A DNA stretch of 22,900 nucleotides from an uncultured Planctomycetaceae bacterium (lineage in GTDB: Bacteria; Planctomycetota; Planctomycetia; Planctomycetales; Planctomycetaceae), in NCBI GenBank assembly GCA_963976765.1, contig CAXBME010000014.1:186001-208900 (forward strand). Reading direction: 5' to 3'. The notes under the pieces are model-generated. The model saw only the letters and a list, made by a program, of their open reading frames with translations. It made no database searches and had not been told where the DNA came from. Position numbers and translations under genes: made by a program. This document shows, in pieces, positions 16,983-22,900 of this stretch. Each line of letters begins with the position of its first letter. Position 1 is the first letter of the stretch.

Positions 16983-17055
16983 CGCCGCCACGTGAATGGT
17001 AGCCGTATCGATCACTCACTGACCTGCGCAACGCTCCGGCGACTTCAGAGCAACG

Positions 17056-18390
17056 ATGCTCAGCCACGGGATCAAAAAACTGCTGAAAGTGCCGCCGGAT
17101 CAGCAGGTCCGAACCGGGCTGCTGTTTCTGTTTTCGTTCGGCATGACCGGAGCGTATGTCGGAGCCCGATCGGACGCGGACGCCGTCTTCCTTGCGCGAA
17201 TCGGCATTGAAAAGCTGCCAGCGATGATTCTGGTTTCGGCCAGCGGCGTTGCCATCGCCACCGCCGTTTACGCAAAGACACTGGCTGGCCTGTCGCTTCA
17301 ACGGGTTGTCTTCGCAACGCACCTGTTCTTTGCCACGGCTACGCTCGCCCTTGGCTTGATGCTCGACACGGGCAACCGCCACCTGGGAATTCCCATTGCC
17401 CTCTACCTGCTGGCCGAACTGCGAGGCACGTTCGGCTCGATTCAATTCGCCACGCTGTTGAATGAGTTGTTTCGCAGCGCCGCCCCGGCAAGAGCTTCCG
17501 GAATCGCGAGTTCCGGCTCAACCATATCTGCCGTCGTTCTGGGAAGCCTGATCGGCTGGCTGGCCACACAGTTCGGCGCCACCAGCGTGCTCTACATGAT
17601 CGTCGTGATGGATTTCGTCGCTGGCTTCGTCGCTCTGCGTTGCCGACGGAAGCCGACAGCCGCCGACATCAGCAACGCCCCCGACAACAATGGCGATGTC
17701 GCCAGTTCCGCTCAGCCAGAGTCGTCCGCTGCGGAGCTTGACGTTCAATCTGATCTACCCTTCGACACTCCGGCAAGTCCTCGCGAAATCCTGAAACAGG
17801 TTCCACTGGCAAGGTATCTGGCCGGGATCGTCTTCCTGAAAACGATCGTCGTGCTGCTGATCGAGTTCGAATGGAAATCTACAGCCGTCACGCACTACGC
17901 GGCCGAAGACGACCTTGCCAGCTTCTTCGGGATCTTTTACGCGGCGACGGCTCTGCTGACAGGCTGCCTGCAGCTTTTCGTCACGTCACGATTTCTTGCC
18001 CGTTTCGGCATTCAGGCCGGACTGGCTTCATACCCGGCCGGCGTGACGATGATTCTTTCGACGATCATTTTTTCCATGAAGTCGGCGACGATCTTCAAGT
18101 GTCTGACATTGGCTCGAGGCTGCGACGTGCTTCGTCGAAGTCTGACTGACACCGCATTGAACGTGCTCTACTGGCCACTTGGTCCGTCGCTGCGCCGGCA
18201 GGTGATTGCCTTGAATGGCGGATGGGTGAAACCACTGACGGAAGCCTTTGCAGCCATCCTGCTGATCCCACTGACCGCGACACTGTCAGATCGCGGCCTG
18301 GCAATGACGATCGTCAGTCTTTGCGTCGTCTGGCTGGCTGTGATTTACCGCGGGCGATACCCTGCCGCGCGAATCAGGAAGCAGCCGTGA
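17056..18390 (+). CDS. MFS-fold transporter, NTT/TLC (Npt1/Npt2-like ATP:ADP / nucleotide translocase) family
   Basis: About 12 TM segments in a 6+6 arrangement with a central hydrophilic loop. ARSDADAVFLARIGIEKLPAM, FATLLNELF, EFEWK, DDLASFFGIFY...LQLFVTSRFLARFGI, DVLRRSL...LYWPL...K resemble NTT-family motifs. No C-terminal HEAT/cNMP extension. Confidence 0.7.
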   Translation: MLSHGIKKLLKVPPDQQVRTGLLFLFSFGMTGAYVGARSDADAVFLARIGIEKLPAMILVSASGVAIATAVYAKTLAGLSLQRVVFATHLFFATATLALGLMLDTGNRHLGIPIALYLLAELRGTFGSIQFATLLNELFRSAAPARASGIASSGSTISAVVLGSLIGWLATQFGATSVLYMIVVMDFVAGFVALRCRRKPTAADISNAPDNNGDVASSAQPESSAAELDVQSDLPFDTPASPREILKQVPLARYLAGIVFLKTIVVLLIEFEWKSTAVTHYAAEDDLASFFGIFYAATALLTGCLQLFVTSRFLARFGIQAGLASYPAGVTMILSTIIFSMKSATIFKCLTLARGCDVLRRSLTDTALNVLYWPLGPSLRRQVIALNGGWVKPLTEAFAAILLIPLTATLSDRGLAMTIVSLCVVWLAVIYRGRYPAARIRKQP

Positions 18391-18467
18391 GCACGTTTAA
18401 GGATCAGATTCTCTAACTGAAACACAGGAACCACTGCCAGTTCTGACGGTAAGCCTCGGCTTAAAAT

Positions 18468-18496
18468 CTTCACACGTTCTTAACACAACCCTCACC
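18468..18496 (+). promoter_or_regulatory. Pho box (three 11-bp-phased direct repeats) upstream of phoX
   Basis: CTTCACA (18468), CTTAACA (18479) and CCTCACC (18490) at exact 11-bp period. They match the PhoP/SphR-type repeats TT(A/C)ACA, CTTAACC and GTTCACC, and lie upstream of an alkaline phosphatase gene. Confidence 0.65.
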
Positions 18497-18580
18497 GGTA
18501 ACTCGCCGTCGTTGATCAACCTTCGCGCCCTGAGGGGCACGCAGGCCCAGGGATTTCGAGTATCCGACGGTGAGTGTTTC

Positions 18581-18745
18581 ATGAGTTCAGGCATCCACGA
18601 CGACAACCAGCCGAACAATTCTCTGCCGGTTGGTATGTCCATTCATTTTGCCGACCCGACGGCTGAAATGCTGGCCGCTCGGCCCACACTGCTTCTGCTG
18701 GTCCCCTGTCTGATCGCCGGAATCTGGCTGCTGATTTCCCACTGA
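18581..18745 (+). CDS. Possible small membrane protein (54 aa) upstream of phoX
   Basis: The ATG at 18581 has GGTGA 7 nt upstream. C-terminal hydrophobic helix TLLLLVPCLIAGIWLLI. The stop is 8 nt before the phoX ATG, and the ORF lies between the Pho box and phoX. Confidence 0.35.
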   Translation: MSSGIHDDNQPNNSLPVGMSIHFADPTAEMLAARPTLLLLVPCLIAGIWLLISH

Positions 18746-18753
18746 GCCTCACT

Positions 18754-20712
18754 ATGCCAACCGAAAAAGAGTCGCTGTGTTATCGCGAAGTCGATCCGGT
18801 CTCGAATCAATCGACCGAGCCTGAATTCACCGCCATTTTCCGGCAGGCAATGACGCGGCGGCGATCGTTGAAACATCTGGCCGGCTGGGCCGGGCTAACG
18901 ACACTGGCCTTTCACCGCGAAGCTCACTCCGCCGCCAACTTTGGCCAGACCGGTCTGACCTTTCGAGAACTCGTTCGCGGTTTCGATGAAACGGCCCGAG
19001 TCGCCGATGGCTACAACTGGCAGGTCATTGCGGCGTGGGGAGACCCGATCCTGCCCGGCGCGAAGCCGCTGGACGTTCACCATCAGACGGGCGAAACACA
19101 GTCGAAGCAGTTTGGCTACAACTGCGACTACACCGCGTTCATCCCCCTGCACTCTGCTGATCCCACCGTCGAACGCGGCCTGCTCTGCGTCAACCATGAA
19201 TACACAGACACAAACCTGATGTTCCCTGGTCTGAAAACCCGCGACGACCTTGAAACGCTGCCAAAGCAAACTGTTGAAGCCGAAATGGCGGCGATGGGGC
19301 ATTCGGTCATTGAAATCGTTCGACAACCGAATGGTGACTGGAAACTTGACCAGAACGGTCGACTGAATCGTCGGCTGACAGCTCTCGCCACGCCCATACG
19401 AATCAGTGGTCCGGCAGCTGGACATCCTCGGCTTCGAACGTCGGAAGACCCGACCGGTCGAAATGTCATCGGCACGCTGAACAACTGCGGAGGTGGCGTG
19501 ACCCCATGGGGTACCATGCTGATCTGCGAGGAAAACTTTGACGCTACCTTCAGCGGCGCTGCCGATGCGACTACCGAAGCCCGAAACCACAAACGGTACG
19601 GTATCGACGGCCCCAGTCGCTTCAGTCCGGCGTGGGCTAAGCACTTTCCCCGGTTTGACATCGAACAGGAACCGCACGAGCCCAATCGCTTTGGATGGGT
19701 GGTCGAATTCGACCCGATGAACCCGAACAGCCAGCCCGTCAAACGGACAGCTCTAGGCCGCTGCAAGCATGAAGGCGCGGGGATCATCACCAACCACGAT
19801 GGGCGCGTCGTCATTTTCTGCGGCGACGACGAGCGTTTCGAATATGTCTATCGTTTCGTGACTCGCCGAGCTTTCGACCCTGAAAACCCGCCCGCAAATC
19901 GAAACCTGCTCGACGATGGCACGCTTTCCGTCGCACGGTTCGATGCAGATGGCACAGTCTCCTGGTTGCCGCTTGTTTTCGGCGCCGGCCCGCTGACTCC
20001 GGAACATGGTTTCGAAAGTCAGGCCGACGTGCTGATCGAAACTCGCCGAGCTGCCGATCTTGTCGGAGCGACTCCGATGGATCGTCCGGAAGACGTCGAA
20101 CCATCGTCCGTCAACGGCTGTGTTTACCTGATCCTTTCGAACAATTCGAAGCGGTCAGCCGACAAGACTGATGCGGCGAACCCGCGTCCGAACAACAGAC
20201 ATGGCCACGTCCTGGAGCTGATCCCTCAGAAGACGGAGTCCGGATTTGATCACGCCGCGGAAACATTCCAGTGGAACGTCTTTCTTCGAGGCGGCGATCC
20301 GGCCAGCCAGATCGACGATTCGAACTGCCATGCGGAAGTGTCAAACGACGGCTGGGTCTCGTGTCCGGACAACGCGGCGTTCGATAGCCGCGGTCGACTG
20401 TGGATGACGACTGATGGAGCCAGCGAAACTGCTTCGACCGCGGACGGCATCTACGTCTGCGAAACCGACGGTCAGAACCGGGCCCGCACACGACTCTTCT
20501 TTCAGGGTCCGCGAGGATCTGAGCTCAGCGGTGTGTGTCTGACTCCGGACGACCAATCTCTGTTCGTCTCGGTGCAGCATCCTGGCGAAGAGGACGGGTC
20601 TGACTTTGCGAACCCGTCGACACGATGGCCAGACTTCGATACTTCTTTACCGCCGCGTCCGGCGGTCGTCGCCATCCGTCATAGAAACCGACACCCGATC
20701 GGCGATCGTTGA
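18754..20712 (+). CDS. phoX: PhoX-family alkaline phosphatase (DUF839), Tat-exported
   Basis: Twin-arginine signal MTRRRSLK...AHSA. Motifs FGYNCDY, LLCVNHEY, GTLNNCGGGVTPWGTMLICEEN, EPNRFGWVVEFDP, KRTALGRCKHE, GDDERFEYVYRF, GATPMDRPED, CPDN, TDG and SVQHPGE. Confidence 0.95.
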   Translation: MPTEKESLCYREVDPVSNQSTEPEFTAIFRQAMTRRRSLKHLAGWAGLTTLAFHREAHSAANFGQTGLTFRELVRGFDETARVADGYNWQVIAAWGDPILPGAKPLDVHHQTGETQSKQFGYNCDYTAFIPLHSADPTVERGLLCVNHEYTDTNLMFPGLKTRDDLETLPKQTVEAEMAAMGHSVIEIVRQPNGDWKLDQNGRLNRRLTALATPIRISGPAAGHPRLRTSEDPTGRNVIGTLNNCGGGVTPWGTMLICEENFDATFSGAADATTEARNHKRYGIDGPSRFSPAWAKHFPRFDIEQEPHEPNRFGWVVEFDPMNPNSQPVKRTALGRCKHEGAGIITNHDGRVVIFCGDDERFEYVYRFVTRRAFDPENPPANRNLLDDGTLSVARFDADGTVSWLPLVFGAGPLTPEHGFESQADVLIETRRAADLVGATPMDRPEDVEPSSVNGCVYLILSNNSKRSADKTDAANPRPNNRHGHVLELIPQKTESGFDHAAETFQWNVFLRGGDPASQIDDSNCHAEVSNDGWVSCPDNAAFDSRGRLWMTTDGASETASTADGIYVCETDGQNRARTRLFFQGPRGSELSGVCLTPDDQSLFVSVQHPGEEDGSDFANPSTRWPDFDTSLPPRPAVVAIRHRNRHPIGDR

Positions 20713-20723
20713 AGTCAGCGAAG

Positions 20724-22550
20724 TCAGCTTTGCGACTTCAGGGTCGGCGTTGCAACGGCGGCGTCCGAAGGCCAGCCGAGGGCGTGATGCAGCCTGAACT
20801 GGGCGACGTTGTAGTCGGTGACCGATCGCAGATATTCCCGCTGAGCCTGATCCAAAGCCTGCAATGATTGCAGGAATTCGATCGGCAGCCCCTGCCCTTC
20901 GTTAATGCGTTGCCGGTTTCGAGTGTACGACTGCTGAGCAGCTTTGACGGCCGATTGAGCGGTCTCGATCTGCCGGTGTCTTGAGCGAGTCTGGCTGCGC
21001 GATTCGACGATCTCTCGCGAAATACGGTCCATTGTTTCGATTTCGCGATAGCGTGCCTGTTCAATCTGAGCCTGCGCGACTTCCTGAGCAGCGACATCGC
21101 CTCGCCCGAAGTTACGCAGTTCCCATACGGCGGCGACATCAACATCGAACCGGTCATTAAAGTTACTGATGCTGTCACCCACCCCGCCGCCAAAGCCACC
21201 GTAGCTCATACCAAGCAGTACGCTCGGCAACAGCGGCGCGTACTGTTCACGCTTCAGTCGTTCACAGGCTGCCGCCACCAGTTGGCCGCTCTGCCCAACT
21301 TCCGGGCGAGACGACAGCCCGATAGCCACCATCTGTTGAACCGTCGGCTCCATCGAAACGAGCTCGATCGGAGCAACCTGCTGCTCAACCGGCACGACTC
21401 GCACCGGAGCATCCAGATGTAACACTTCCGCCAGTCGCGCTGAGGCAACCTGAACGGCTTCGTCCGCACGTGCGACGTCGTTCCGTCTGATCGCGAGCTC
21501 TGTTGCTGCCCGGTCAGCGTCAGCCTGAGCCCCCTGCCCCGTCTTTGCGAACGAGGTCGTCAGACGAACCAGCTCGGCGGCGTTGTTACGTGTTTCGGTC
21601 GCAATCGCTTTCTCCTGATGAGCACGCAGCAGCTCCAGGTAAGCAGTCGACGCTCGCAGCATTTGATCGTGGTACGTGCTCCACGAATCGAAATTGCTGG
21701 CTTCCAGATTCCGTTCCGCGATCCGAGGTGCGAACACCGCATCGCTGAGATGAAACTCAGCGGACAAACCGGGTGTGGGATTTGTCCCTGCGCCAACGGC
21801 CCGAGCTCCGAAACCGCCCTGCAGCGACGACCGGCTGACGTCAACAATTTGACCATTCGAATTCTGCAGCGTCCCTTCGTGACGGTTCAGGCTGACACCA
21901 GCGCGAATTGTGGGCAGCCACAAAGCCTCAGCCGCATCCAGTCGCGCGGATGCTTCAGCGATTCTTTGATGAGCGAACGCGACCTGAGGATTCTGGCCGG
22001 CAACCAGTTGCAAAGCGGTCGACAGATCCAGCTTCTGCGGATCGATGAATTCTTCGCTGTCGGTCTGGTCGACTGACTCAGACACTTCGGCAGCAGGAGC
22101 GGGAACCGGCGCCGGGACAAAGTTGACCGGCGTCAGGACGTAGCGGGAACCGTCGGCTCCGACAACTTCCTGTCCAGCGGCAGATGAAATCGGAGTCGCA
22201 CGATTGTCCGAAAGAAGTCCCGGTTCCGCCTCGCTCGACGACGCGGACGAAATCGCATCAGCAAACCCCGCGCGAGAAGAGCCCGAAACCGACATCGCCG
22301 CCACAGGAGAAACTCGCGAAAGGTTAACCTGATGCGACAGCGCGCCGGTCATCAGAATGGGTGCGGACGCTGGCGTTGCGTTCTGCGCGGTGAACCTGCG
22401 AATGGCCACCGGAGTTTCCCGTTGCTTCGGTTCAGTCATGACTGACTGCGAGCTGACACTTGCACAACCAACCGGCAGCACAAACGCACTCGTTAGAAAC
22501 AGTCGCCTCCAGCGAACTCGACGATTCTCACGATCAGGTTCAGCACTCAT
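20724..22550 (-). CDS. TolC-family outer membrane efflux protein (lipoprotein)
   Basis: Likely start is ATG 22550 with a GGGGGGAG RBS, and lipobox PVG-C. A long low-complexity linker precedes LDLSTALQL...QNPQV...LWLPTI and AYLELLRA...SRPEV...PLLPSV...YNVAQFRLHHALG OEP repeats. Convergent with phoX. Confidence 0.88.
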   Translation of the reverse strand: MSAEPDRENRRVRWRRLFLTSAFVLPVGCASVSSQSVMTEPKQRETPVAIRRFTAQNATPASAPILMTGALSHQVNLSRVSPVAAMSVSGSSRAGFADAISSASSSEAEPGLLSDNRATPISSAAGQEVVGADGSRYVLTPVNFVPAPVPAPAAEVSESVDQTDSEEFIDPQKLDLSTALQLVAGQNPQVAFAHQRIAEASARLDAAEALWLPTIRAGVSLNRHEGTLQNSNGQIVDVSRSSLQGGFGARAVGAGTNPTPGLSAEFHLSDAVFAPRIAERNLEASNFDSWSTYHDQMLRASTAYLELLRAHQEKAIATETRNNAAELVRLTTSFAKTGQGAQADADRAATELAIRRNDVARADEAVQVASARLAEVLHLDAPVRVVPVEQQVAPIELVSMEPTVQQMVAIGLSSRPEVGQSGQLVAAACERLKREQYAPLLPSVLLGMSYGGFGGGVGDSISNFNDRFDVDVAAVWELRNFGRGDVAAQEVAQAQIEQARYREIETMDRISREIVESRSQTRSRHRQIETAQSAVKAAQQSYTRNRQRINEGQGLPIEFLQSLQALDQAQREYLRSVTDYNVAQFRLHHALGWPSDAAVATPTLKSQS

Positions 22551-22900
22551 CGACCAGATCTCCCCCCGCCCCGTGGTACTCGCGCGGGTTCCTCGGCAAA
22601 TGCGAGAACTCGGCACGCTTTCACCCAGATCGTCATCCGGCATTGGCAAAGTTCAACGATTTTGAGGTTCGTGAGGGTTCGGCGTTATTTGACGCCTGAT
22701 ATTGCTCCAGCTGAGTCTGTGACAAACCGGGAGTGGTTCTGTCTGCCCCGCCAATTCGATTGACGTCGACGTTTCACGTGTCCCTGTCGGCAGTTAGACT
22801 GATCTGCCTCGCTCTTCGACCGGCACGGATGCCGCTCAAACGCCGGCAGATGATGTCCCGCTGAGTGTTGAAAGTTGAAAATCCGGTGGCGGCTCCTTTG

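Noticed and set aside
10349..18576. GGTGAGTG recurring at 10352, 13611 and 18569
   Set aside because: An 8-11-nt match is expected by chance in 23 kb and is partly explained by the Shine-Dalgarno-like GGTGA.
18895..19814. Long antisense ORFs (260 and 228 aa) opposite phoX
   Set aside because: These are shadow ORFs typical of GC-rich coding DNA. They have no recognisable motifs and overlap a well-supported gene.
22551..22649. Upstream extension of the minus-strand TolC ORF to 22649
   Set aside because: A strong RBS sits just before ATG 22550, which also gives a normal lipoprotein signal length.

Overview
This 22.9 kb window comes from a Planctomycetes genome, most likely Planctomycetaceae, judged from the DUF1553 and DUF1559 proteins and their lipoprotein partner. 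Almost all genes are on the + strand, in four blocks. (1) The 3' part of a DUF1553 (PSD1) protein with an inserted LamG-like domain, then an unknown membrane protein. (2) A type I secretion-like ABC + HlyD + TolC trio whose only ATPase domain looks catalytically degenerate. (3) A module of Cys-rich TPR protein, small membrane ORF, DUF1559 prepilin-like protein, carboxypeptidase-regulatory-like lipoprotein, DUF4198/NikM-like-Kelch fusion and PQQ/BamB-like propeller. It is preceded by a Fur-like palindrome and contains an 11-bp-phased repeat array. This is my best candidate for an undescribed, metal-regulated surface/periplasmic uptake system. (4) An OprO/P-like porin, an NTT/TLC-like nucleotide transporter and a Tat-exported PhoX alkaline phosphatase with a three-unit Pho box. 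A convergent TolC-family gene closes the window. I saw no rRNA, tRNA, CRISPR array or transposase. All family calls come from motif recognition by eye, not database searches.
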